A stretch of DNA of 64,000 nucleotides, taken from positions 8,434-72,433 of the IMG/VR virus record IMGVR_UViG_3300045747_000653; one strand, 5' to 3'. The translations under genes were made by a program, and so were the position numbers. Under the pieces are notes generated by a model. The model made no database searches. It worked only from the letters and a program-made list of their open reading frames with translations, and was not told the origin of the DNA. Below are positions 1 to 8,456 of this stretch, piece by piece; within the stretch, counting starts at the first letter, position 1; each line of letters opens with the position of its first letter. Source of the stretch: a virus.

Positions 1-2184
1 CTGCGAGCCCTTCGCGTCGATCCAGTTCGCCCCGGTCCACTGGTGCGACCAGAAGGTGGAGCGGTGCGGCAGCGACCCGATCTGCGGGTTGCCGTTCGCG
101 TCCGGCGAGTGGCCCTTGCAGTTGGAGTCCGGGCAGGAGGTCACGGTGTCGGTGGAGAACCACACGTCGCCGACGCGCAGGGTGTAGCCGCCGGCGCCGT
201 TCACCGGGGCCGTCGCCTGGAAGAACGTCGCCGTCTTCTTCGAGGCGAGGCCGTTCGCGGCGTCGGCGGTGCTCTGCGCGGTCACAATGAGCCCCTTCGC
301 AGCCGAGGCGACGGCGTTCAGTAGCGCGGTCCGGGCGGCGTAGGCGTTCGCGAACACGTCGCGGAAGGCTTGGCCGGTGATCGTGATCGTGGCCGCGTTG
401 ACCCAGGTCGTCTCGTTGGTCGTGCCCCAGGTGAAGCCGAGGTTGCTCTGGAAGTAGCCGTAGAGCGACGTGACGGCGGCGTCGAGCGCCGAGTGGTCGA
501 TACCGTAGGTGTTGGCCTGCGCCTGGATGATCCAGTTGTTGCCGTAGAGATCCTTGAAGTCGAGAAGCGCCTGCTGCTTCTCCGCCCCCGGCGTGAGCTT
601 GCCGTCCGACGCGATGTCGGCGAGGGCCGCGTTGGCGTTCGCGGCCTGCGTCGCCGCAGCCGAGGCCGCGGCCTGCGCCGTCGCCGCGTTCGCGACCGCC
701 GTGTTGGCCGTGCCCTGCGCGCCGTCCGCGAGGCTCTTGGCCTTCGCGGCGATGGCGTTCAGGAGCGTCGTGCGGGCCGCGTAGGCGTTGCCGAACTTGA
801 GCCGGAAGGTCGGCCCGTCGATGTCCGTCGTCGTCGCCTGCCACGCGGCATCGTTCGTCCCGACGGTCAGGGAGAGCGTCCCGAGGTAGGTCGAGAGGGC
901 CGAGAGCGCCGTGTCGTAGGCGGTCCGCGAGACGACGAAGGTGTCCGCCTGGGAGTCGGTTCCGGCCTGGGCGTCAAGGAGATCGTGGGCGTCGGAGAGC
1001 ACGGCCCGCTTCTCGGCCGGCGTCAGCTTGCCGTCCGAGGAGATGTCCGCGAGCGCCGCGTTCGCCGTCGCTGCCGCGCTTGCCGCGCTCGACGCCGCCG
1101 CCGCCGCGCCGTCAGCTACGGTCTTGGCTGCGTCGGCCCGGCCCTTGATCGCCGTCGCGATGGCGTTGAGCAGCGCCGTGCGGGCGGAGTAGGCCGCCGT
1201 GAACTTCTCCCGGAAGACCGCCCCGTCGATGTTGTTCGTCGTCGTCTGCCACGCAAGCTCGTTCGAGCCGATCGCGAGGCCGAGGGTGCCGAAGTAGGCC
1301 AGGAGCGCGGTGATCGCCGCGTCGTAGGCCGTGGTCGAGACGGAGACGGTTCCAGCCTGGGCGTCGATGCCGGCCTGGGCGTCGTAGAGGTCGTGGATGT
1401 CGCGGAGGACGGCGCTCTTTTCGTCGGGCGTGAGCTTGTTGTCGTTCGCGATGTCGGACAGGCTCGCGAGCGCCGTCGTGGCGTTCGAGGCCGCGGCGGC
1501 TGCCGCGCTGGCCGCCCCGTCTGCCGTGCCCTGCGCCGCGTTGGCGAGAACCTTCGCTGCCGTCGAGATCGCGTTCTCGATCGTGTCCCGGGCCCCGTAG
1601 GCGCCCGCGAAGGCGGCCCGGAAGACCGCGCCGTCGATGTCGGTCGTCGTCGCGGACCACGCCGCGTCGTTGACGCCGAGGTTCGAGCCGAGGCCGGCCA
1701 TGTAGGTCTGGAGCGAGGAGATCGCGGCGTCGAAGGCGACGGTCGAGACGCCGAAGACGTTGGCCTCGGCGTCGATGGCCGCGTGCCCATCGACCAGTTC
1801 CTTGTAGTCGCGGAGCACCGCGCCCTTCTCGGCGGGCGTGAGCTTCGAGTCCGAGGCGATGTCGGCGAGTGCCGCGTTCGCGAGCGCCGCGTCGGCGGCG
1901 GCCTGCTGCGCCTGATAGTTCGCCAGGGCGACGGCCGACTGCGCCTCGGCGGCCGCGGTCGAGGCGGCGTTGATGGCGTCGGTCGCCGCGGCCGGCAGGG
2001 TGCCCTCTCCGCCCTGCGGAAGCGAGGGGGCGAGCGCGGTCGCGAAGGCGTAGGCGAAGGCCCGAAGCTGCGGGCCGGCGATGGCGTTGTCGGGCTGGGC
2101 GAGCAGGGACTCGTAGAGGGTCTTCGACAGGCCCGAGGTGCAGGCGGCGTTGCCTGGGTCGATGCCGAGGTTCAGAAGTCCCAT
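1..2184 (-). CDS. Tail fibre / host-range-type virion protein with four ~136-aa repeats (3'-truncated by window edge, at least 728 aa)
   Basis: Own translation from ATG 2184 (MGLLNLGIDPGN...) is open to position 1; motif ALADIASDxKLTPxEK recurs four times; directly downstream of the spike gene; missing from the ORF track because there is no stop in the window. Confidence 0.75.
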   Translation of the reverse strand, partial: MGLLNLGIDPGNAACTSGLSKTLYESLLAQPDNAIAGPQLRAFAYAFATALAPSLPQGGEGTLPAAATDAINAASTAAAEAQSAVALANYQAQQAAADAALANAALADIASDSKLTPAEKGAVLRDYKELVDGHAAIDAEANVFGVSTVAFDAAISSLQTYMAGLGSNLGVNDAAWSATTTDIDGAVFRAAFAGAYGARDTIENAISTAAKVLANAAQGTADGAASAAAAAASNATTALASLSDIANDNKLTPDEKSAVLRDIHDLYDAQAGIDAQAGTVSVSTTAYDAAITALLAYFGTLGLAIGSNELAWQTTTNNIDGAVFREKFTAAYSARTALLNAIATAIKGRADAAKTVADGAAAAASSAASAAATANAALADISSDGKLTPAEKRAVLSDAHDLLDAQAGTDSQADTFVVSRTAYDTALSALSTYLGTLSLTVGTNDAAWQATTTDIDGPTFRLKFGNAYAARTTLLNAIAAKAKSLADGAQGTANTAVANAATAQAAASAAATQAANANAALADIASDGKLTPGAEKQQALLDFKDLYGNNWIIQAQANTYGIDHSALDAAVTSLYGYFQSNLGFTWGTTNETTWVNAATITITGQAFRDVFANAYAARTALLNAVASAAKGLIVTAQSTADAANGLASKKTATFFQATAPVNGAGGYTLRVGDVWFSTDTVTSCPDSNCKGHSPDANGNPQIGSLPHRSTFWSHQWTGANWIDAKGSQ

Positions 2185-2187
2185 CGA

Positions 2188-2844
2188 TCACCCCAGGAGG
2201 TTCGGGTTCGGCGTGCCGCCCTGCGCGGTGATGGTCCCGGCGAAGCCGCCGGCGATCACGGCGTCGCCGATGCGGGCGATGGGCGCCGAGCCGCCGTTCA
2301 GCGTGACCTTGCCGGTGCCGTCGCCGATCGTGACCTGCTTGGCGGTCACGGTCACCGAGTCGGCCGTGACCTCGACGGTGTTCGCCTTCGTGTCGATGAC
2401 GATCGTGCTGCTCGGGGCGCCGGCGGGCCGGACGATGAGCCGGTGATCCTTCGCGAGCGAGAGGAGCAGCGTGTCCTGGGCCGGGGCGTCGTCGCCCTGG
2501 CCGGGAGGGCTTGCGTCCTCCTGCATGACGGCGAGGATGACGCCGATCGTCATGTCGGGCTCGACCTCGCCGCCGGGCCCCGGGACACCCTGGCTCGGGA
2601 AGGCGACGAGCACCTCGGCGTCCACGTTCGGGAAGCTGTAGAGGCCGGAGCCGGGGCCGGAGTAGAGCGAACCCATCCGGGCGGTGATCTGCTGCCCCGT
2701 CTCCTCGATGACGGCATCGACCCAGAGGGCGACGTTCATCGGGTCGATGTAGGTCTTTCGCACCCGCGCGTAGGACAGCCAGGGGCGGCCGGCCGGGCGG
2801 CCGAAGATGCCGCAGAGGGCCGAGATGTCGATGTTGGAGTCCAT
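2188..2844 (-). CDS. Baseplate central spike (gpV/gp45-like)
   Basis: OB-fold-like N-terminus (YSGPGSGLYSFPNVDAEVLVAF) then beta-helix-like VEVTADSVTVTAKQVTIG and ARIGDAV; follows the hub gene. Confidence 0.8.
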   Translation of the reverse strand: MDSNIDISALCGIFGRPAGRPWLSYARVRKTYIDPMNVALWVDAVIEETGQQITARMGSLYSGPGSGLYSFPNVDAEVLVAFPSQGVPGPGGEVEPDMTIGVILAVMQEDASPPGQGDDAPAQDTLLLSLAKDHRLIVRPAGAPSSTIVIDTKANTVEVTADSVTVTAKQVTIGDGTGKVTLNGGSAPIARIGDAVIAGGFAGTITAQGGTPNPNLLG

Positions 2845-2845
2845 G

Positions 2846-4585
2846 TCAGATCCCGGGCAGGCCGCTGGTGACGCCGGCGATGGCGCCGCCGAGGCCGGAG
2901 GCCGTCGAGAACGAGGAACCGGACGGGAGCAGGCTGTTGCCCGGCAGCGACGGCGCGGCGATCGGGAGCGAGGCGCCGCCGTCGAACCCGGGCTGCGCGG
3001 CTGCGGCCGCTGCCGGCTGAACCGCCGTCGGCTTCGCCTTCTTCAGCCCCTTGCCCGCGACCGGCGCCTGCTTCGGGACGAGCCCGCTGATGTCGATGTA
3101 GTTCACGCAGGTCCCGTGGAGCTTGTAGCCGTGCTCTGCGTCGAACTCGTGCGTCGCCCGGACGACCCGGAAGAGGCCGTAGGGCGCGATCTCGTCCCAG
3201 TGCTGCGCGAGCGCCTGGGCGACGTTCGGCAGGTAGCCGCGCGCCTTCAGCGCCTCGACCCGCTGCGGCACGCTCTTGCCGTCGAGGAGGCCGCGGAGGC
3301 TGTCCGTCTGGAAGTACACGGTGTCGCCGTTCCGCATCCGGGCGAGGTTCGCGACCGCCGCGCCGCCGGCGCCGGTGATCCCGGCGTGGCTCGCGACGCC
3401 CATCTCGCGCGTCTCGAACTCGATCTCCAACTCCGCCGTCGTCAACTCCTCGAAGATCCGGCGGGCGCACGCCTCCGCCTCCGCGTTCGAGGCGAGGCCG
3501 GGCACGAGGTACTGCTTCACGCTGACGGTCGATCCCGACGCGCTGTTGTCCGCCTGCCCGTTTGCCGCGGAGCCCTTCGAGTGGCTGCCGCCCGTGATCA
3601 TGTGTCCCTCGGGCGGGAAGTAGCCCATCACGGTCTTGCGCCCGCCGGGCCGGTACGAGACGACCCGGACGTTCGGGGCCCTGAAGCGGCCGTAGTTCTT
3701 CTTGATGGTCAGGCTCGACAGGTTCTCGCCCCAGATCAGGTGCGGCGCCGCGGCGACCGCCGACGAACTGTCGGTGATGTTCCGCGGCGTCGTGATGACC
3801 AACTCGGTCTTGTCGATGTAGGCGACGAGGCCCAGCGACTCGGCCATCTCCTGGATCACGTCCCAGTAGGTGTGGTGCGCCCCGACGGCCGCGCCCTTCG
3901 CGGCGCCGCCGTGGAACTTGCCGTTCATCGAGGCTGCGCCATTCGCCGACCCGATCTTGCCGTTCGCTCCCTTGACCGGCGTCTTCACGCCGAGCCCGAG
4001 GAGGAGTTCGCCCACGCCGTCCTCGATCTTCACCGAGACGGCGCCGGCCCCCGGCAGCCCGTGGCCGTGCGCCGGGTCGGAGCCGTGGATCATGTCGTCG
4101 AGAACGGTCGCGAGGTCGCCGGACCTCGGCGCGACGGCGCCTGGGTACTTCTTGTCGAGGAAGAGGGCGGTGAAGTCCCGGCCGTGGAACGTGATCATCT
4201 CCCCCTTGCTCTCGCTGAAGTGCCGGTCGGAGTGGTCGAGGAAGCCGACGAAGAGGCAGTCGTCGATGGCCGGCTGGTAGATCTTGTCCGGCGGCCGCTC
4301 CCCCATGAAGGCCGCGACCTCGATGGAGCGCACGGTCCGCGGGTCGAAGGGGAAGTCGCGACCGGAAAGCTCCAAGTCCTTGATCGTGTCGGCGGTTCGG
4401 ATGTCGTTCGACTCGATGACGAGCTTGCGGGGCTGGAGGCCGGTCAGCGTCACGGAGTCGTTGGGGCTGGGCGGCGACTCCGCCACCCACCGCTCCGGGC
4501 CGTCGAGCCCCAGCGTGTCCACGCCGCGGGTGCCGCGCTCCCACCGGACGATCAGGTCGACGACGGCGGCAGGGTAGAAGGGCAT
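2846..4585 (-). CDS. Baseplate hub protein (gpD/gp44-like)
   Basis: 579 aa between LysM gene and spike; ITFHGRDFTALFLD and WDVIQEMAESLGLVAYID are typical hub motifs. Confidence 0.75.
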   Translation of the reverse strand: MPFYPAAVVDLIVRWERGTRGVDTLGLDGPERWVAESPPSPNDSVTLTGLQPRKLVIESNDIRTADTIKDLELSGRDFPFDPRTVRSIEVAAFMGERPPDKIYQPAIDDCLFVGFLDHSDRHFSESKGEMITFHGRDFTALFLDKKYPGAVAPRSGDLATVLDDMIHGSDPAHGHGLPGAGAVSVKIEDGVGELLLGLGVKTPVKGANGKIGSANGAASMNGKFHGGAAKGAAVGAHHTYWDVIQEMAESLGLVAYIDKTELVITTPRNITDSSSAVAAAPHLIWGENLSSLTIKKNYGRFRAPNVRVVSYRPGGRKTVMGYFPPEGHMITGGSHSKGSAANGQADNSASGSTVSVKQYLVPGLASNAEAEACARRIFEELTTAELEIEFETREMGVASHAGITGAGGAAVANLARMRNGDTVYFQTDSLRGLLDGKSVPQRVEALKARGYLPNVAQALAQHWDEIAPYGLFRVVRATHEFDAEHGYKLHGTCVNYIDISGLVPKQAPVAGKGLKKAKPTAVQPAAAAAAQPGFDGGASLPIAAPSLPGNSLLPSGSSFSTASGLGGAIAGVTSGLPGI

Positions 4586-4592
4586 CGGCGCC

Positions 4593-5717
4593 TCACCGCT
4601 GCGGGATGATCAGGATCGTGCCGGGGAGCAGGATGTCGTCGCCCAGGTCGTTCGCGTCGGCGATGCGCTGCCAGCCGATCGGGGTGCCGTAGTAGATGCG
4701 GGCGATGTTCGGCAGCGTCTCGCCGTCCCGGGAGATGTGGATCGGGTTCGTCCACTCGACCGGGGATAGCTGCGCGATCAGGTTCGTGGACATCGCCACG
4801 GTGTCCCGTGCCGCCGTGCCGATCTCGTTGCGCCAACCCTCCGCCGCGAAGGTTGCGCGCACGTCGTGGACGATGGCCGAGGCGTCGGCGTCGATGCTCT
4901 GGAGCGTGTTGGACACGTCCGCCGCCCAGGAGCGAAGCTCGCCAACGACGCCGGTCGCGCGGGCGACGACGTGGACGGCCTCGTCGGCGACGTCCAGCGT
5001 GTCGCTGACGAGGTTCTCGACGGATGCGATGGCAGCCCGGCCGGCGTCGACGTAGGAGCCGGCGATGTCGACGAGCCCGGACACCGAGGAGAGCAGGCCG
5101 CGAGCGAAAGCGAGGCCGGGAATGGTGAACTTCGGCCGGCCGAGGGGAGCGTAGGGGTCGTACTCGTCTCCGACGATGCCCCAGAGGTCCACGATCTTGT
5201 TGCTCTGCTCCGTGACCACGAGGATGTTCGTGCGCGAGAACGCGACCGTCTTCGGAGGCTTGACGACCATCGCCGGCTGCTTGCCGGTCGGCAGGAACTC
5301 GACCTCGTACTCGATCAACTCGGCGAGGTGGACGACGAACTTCGCCTTCGTCACGAGGCCGTCGAGGGTGATCGGGCCCCACTGGAGCATGACCGGGAAG
5401 CCGTCAGAGGCGAGCTTCCGCATCGACTCCATCATCGAGAGCGCGGTCTTCTGGCCGAGGATGTAGCGGTCGTCGAGGCGGCCCTTGAGGCTGATCGGGT
5501 CGCGGCGGGAGCCCAGGATCTGGACGGAGGCGTTCTCGTTGCCGGGGTAGTAGGTCGTCGAGACGCGGCTCTCGGAGGCGAGCGGCAACTCCTTCGGCAT
5601 CGTCTGTTCGAGCGCCGAGAACTTCAGCCACTCCGTCCCGCCGTTGAGTTGCTCCAGCGAGAGTTGCCTGTCGGGCTGTTCATAGAGGCCGACCCGGCGG
5701 CCTTCGGCGAGGAACAT
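4593..5717 (-). CDS. Tail tube initiator / baseplate protein with C-terminal LysM domain
   Basis: C-terminal DGETLPNIARIYYGTPIGWQRIADANDL...LPGTILIIP is a LysM signature; directly after tape measure. Confidence 0.8.
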   Translation of the reverse strand: MFLAEGRRVGLYEQPDRQLSLEQLNGGTEWLKFSALEQTMPKELPLASESRVSTTYYPGNENASVQILGSRRDPISLKGRLDDRYILGQKTALSMMESMRKLASDGFPVMLQWGPITLDGLVTKAKFVVHLAELIEYEVEFLPTGKQPAMVVKPPKTVAFSRTNILVVTEQSNKIVDLWGIVGDEYDPYAPLGRPKFTIPGLAFARGLLSSVSGLVDIAGSYVDAGRAAIASVENLVSDTLDVADEAVHVVARATGVVGELRSWAADVSNTLQSIDADASAIVHDVRATFAAEGWRNEIGTAARDTVAMSTNLIAQLSPVEWTNPIHISRDGETLPNIARIYYGTPIGWQRIADANDLGDDILLPGTILIIPQR

Positions 5718-7366
5718 CAGAAGCCCCCGACCGGCAGCGCCCGCCGTCCCTGCGTCGGCGCCTTCACGAACTCGGCGAGCTTCTTCGCCGTGATCGAGGC
5801 GAGTCGGTCGGGGTCGCGCACGTCGCGCACGTCCATCGTGATCTTGACGTTGACCTCGGCGGCCTTGCTCTGGTGCATCCGGGCCTCGGCCGGGTTATCG
5901 AGCATCTTCTTGAGCTTGGCGCGCTCCGCGATGAGGCCCGGGTCCGAGGCGGTGTGGTACTTGCCCCAGTACTGGTCGGCGACCTTCTGCGAGCCGACCT
6001 CCTTCGCGACCTTGTAGAGCGTGTCGGCATACTGGCCGGCGCCGTTCTTCTTGAAGAAGTCGTCGGTCGCGACCTCGTAGCGGTCGATGCCGGCTCCGAG
6101 GTGGCCCTTGGCGCCGATGGCGTAGGCGCCCTCGGTGAACTTGGCGGCCTTCGCCTTCTGCTCGGCGGCGATGCGCCCGATCCTCGCGTCGTCGCCGGCC
6201 ATCTTCGCAAGCTCCTTGACGATGAGGCCGATCGCGACCACGGCAGCGGCAGCGGCCGCGGCGAGGGCGATCATCGGGGCTCCGGCGACGGCGAGGACTG
6301 CCGCGAACTCGCCGACCAGGGTGATGATGCCGGACAGGGCGGAGAAGCCGGCGTATGCCGCGCCGGCGGAGGCGATGACGGACATCACGCCTGTGATCGC
6401 CTCCCCGTTCTCGACGACCCACTTGAGCGAGTCGACCATCAGCGAGAAGCCGCCCTTCGCGATCGCGCCGGCGGTCAGGGCGATCGAATCGATGGTGCCC
6501 TTGTTGCGCTCCATCGACTCGTTCAGCTCGTTGACGGTGCTCTTCCAGAACTCGAATACCGACTCTCCGGCCGTGCGGCCGAGCAGCGCGAGATTCGACT
6601 CCAGCGTCGACGACGCCGCCTCCCAGGACGTTTCTCCGGCCTTGATCATGCCGGAGAATCCGCCGAGCAACCGCGTCAGCGCAGGGATCCGATCCTGCGT
6701 TTTGATCTTGTTGAACTGCTCGAAGGTCATCCCTGCTTCGCGGATAATCCGGCCAATCGCCGGCGCCAGATTGGGCGAGATGCCGCGCGTCAGAACCTCG
6801 GAGACTTGGCGCCCGATCTGCGCCACGCCCTCCTTGCCCTCCGTCGTCAGGATCACCGGGACGAGCTTGGTGGTCAGGTTCACGATCTCTTCGCTGGTCG
6901 CGTGGGCTGCGCGTCCGGGGGCCATTAGCTGCTTGGCGACGCTGAAGTAGTCCTCGTTGGTGCCGACCTGGACCTTGGCCGCCTTCATCAACTCTTCGAT
7001 GCGCTTCTCGGCGATGACCTGCGACGCGGCGAACGACGCGCCGCCGGTGCCGGAGATGGACCCGGCGATACTCAGCTTGAGTTGCTCGAACTTCGACGAC
7101 GCCTCGATGAGCGAGTGCGTCCACTCCTTCACTCGCTCGACAGCGAAGAAGCTGGCGGCCATCACGACCATGTTCTGGAACGCCGATCCCAGGCCCTTCG
7201 CGTGCTCAGCGGCGCCCTTCATCTCGTCGGCGGCCTTCTTGGCGGCGTGTCCCGCGGCCTCCGTCTGCTTCGCCGCTGCGTTGGCGCTGGCGACGATCTT
7301 CGCCATCTGGTCGGCGAAGAGGGCGGCGTTGGTGGCGAACTGGATGCTGACGGTGGTGGTAGCCAT
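5717..7366 (-). CDS. Tape measure protein
   Basis: 549 aa, Ala-rich and helical with hydrophobic mid-segments; position after the tail assembly chaperones. Confidence 0.85.
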   Translation of the reverse strand: MATTTVSIQFATNAALFADQMAKIVASANAAAKQTEAAGHAAKKAADEMKGAAEHAKGLGSAFQNMVVMAASFFAVERVKEWTHSLIEASSKFEQLKLSIAGSISGTGGASFAASQVIAEKRIEELMKAAKVQVGTNEDYFSVAKQLMAPGRAAHATSEEIVNLTTKLVPVILTTEGKEGVAQIGRQVSEVLTRGISPNLAPAIGRIIREAGMTFEQFNKIKTQDRIPALTRLLGGFSGMIKAGETSWEAASSTLESNLALLGRTAGESVFEFWKSTVNELNESMERNKGTIDSIALTAGAIAKGGFSLMVDSLKWVVENGEAITGVMSVIASAGAAYAGFSALSGIITLVGEFAAVLAVAGAPMIALAAAAAAAVVAIGLIVKELAKMAGDDARIGRIAAEQKAKAAKFTEGAYAIGAKGHLGAGIDRYEVATDDFFKKNGAGQYADTLYKVAKEVGSQKVADQYWGKYHTASDPGLIAERAKLKKMLDNPAEARMHQSKAAEVNVKITMDVRDVRDPDRLASITAKKLAEFVKAPTQGRRALPVGGF

Positions 7367-7369
7367 CGG

Positions 7370-7591
7370 TCACTCCTCTCCGCCGGCCTTCGCTGGCTCT
7401 GCGTTGATCTTGTTGTGGATGCGGACGACGGCCGCGCAGAGCATCACGCGCTCGCGGGTGCAGAGGCCGCGGATCTCGGACAGGGGCTGGTGGCCGAAGT
7501 ACGCAAGGAGGCCGGCCTCGCGCCAGAAGCGGGCCTCCCGCGACGAGACGACGTCGCTTAGATCTCCGTCACCAACTCCATCTTGAAAAAA
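7370..7591 (-). CDS. Tail assembly chaperone gpT-like extension reached by -1 frameshift
   Basis: Overlaps the chaperone 3' end in the -1 frame; slippery T TTT TTC at 7591-7585 is in frame with the upstream ORF. Confidence 0.75.
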   Translation of the reverse strand, partial: FFQDGVGDGDLSDVVSSREARFWREAGLLAYFGHQPLSEIRGLCTRERVMLCAAVVRIHNKINAEPAKAGGEE

Positions 7592-7896
7592 CTGTCGAGT
7601 TCCTCCTGCGAGGGGTCGCCGCACTTCCGCTGGTAGGCGGCCTGGAGGAACTTCACGTCGCGGGAGGGGAGGAGGTCATACAGCTTCTTGCCGACGACGG
7701 CCTCGTAGGTCACCGGCGCGTCGTCGATGGTCACGATCGAGAGGCGGACGAGTTCGAGGATGATCCGCATCCCCTTCGCCATCATCGACTGCTCCGCGTC
7801 GCCGACGAGCCGGAACGCCTGCAACTCCTCGTCGCCCGTCAGTTCCTTGAACCGAACGACCTTGCCGGACGCCGGCAGCTTCAGCTTGTGGATCAT
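7558..7896 (-). CDS. Tail assembly chaperone (gpG-like), 112 aa
   Basis: MIHKLKLPASGKVVRFKELTGDEE...; C-terminal part of track ORF 7558..11139; lies between tube and tape measure. Confidence 0.8.
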   Translation of the reverse strand: MIHKLKLPASGKVVRFKELTGDEELQAFRLVGDAEQSMMAKGMRIILELVRLSIVTIDDAPVTYEAVVGKKLYDLLPSRDVKFLQAAYQRKCGDPSQEELDSFFKMELVTEI

Positions 7897-7988
7897 GGGT
7901 GCTCCGCGGGCCCGCCAGAGCCCGGTTGGTTGTGGGGAGAGGTGGCGCCCGGAGCGGCGGTCGGGCCGCCCCGGCGCCGGGTGCGCTG

Positions 7989-8420
7989 CTACAGGGCGAC
8001 GCGCTTGTCGCAGCGGCCGGACATCTTGAACTTGATGAAGCCCTCGCGGCCCTGCGCGCTGTGGTCGAACTTGAGCGCGAGGTTCGTGTAGGCCCAGGAG
8101 CCGTTCGAGCCGTCCCGGTAGTAGATGACCTCGGTCGCGTTCACGACCGCCGGCGTCTGCCGGTCCTTGTCGCGGCGGATCACGGCGTCCTCCAGGTCGT
8201 GGAACTCGGAGTTCGACATCTCGCCGTCGATCTCGACCTCCCAGCCGTTGTGCTCGCGGCTGCTGATCTTCGTCGGCTCGCCAAGGAACGACGAGGCGGT
8301 GACCTCGGCGTCCTCCTTGGCGGAGAAGTTGGTGAAGGTGAAGACCTTGATCCCCTCGCCGTCGCGGGTGAGGCGAAGCTGGAGGTGTCGGCCACGGGCC
8401 GGCAGCTTGTTCGTTGCCAT
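7989..8420 (-). CDS. Tail tube protein
   Basis: 143 aa, beta-rich, immediately downstream of the sheath. Confidence 0.8.
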   Translation of the reverse strand: MATNKLPARGRHLQLRLTRDGEGIKVFTFTNFSAKEDAEVTASSFLGEPTKISSREHNGWEVEIDGEMSNSEFHDLEDAVIRRDKDRQTPAVVNATEVIYYRDGSNGSWAYTNLALKFDHSAQGREGFIKFKMSGRCDKRVAL

Positions 8421-8456
8421 TGGAGCCTCTTGTGGGGGCGTGGGTTAGCGGAGCGA

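Noticed and set aside
1112-2191. 359-aa minus-strand ORF after the spike gene
   Set aside because: Wrong frame; the real gene starts at 2184 and runs off the window
370-2871. 833-aa plus-strand ORF, and similar long Arg/Gly-rich ORFs such as 7899..10763, 2807..4609, 60133..63759 and 61650..63683
   Set aside because: Shadow frames of real genes in high-GC DNA; low-complexity translations with no motifs
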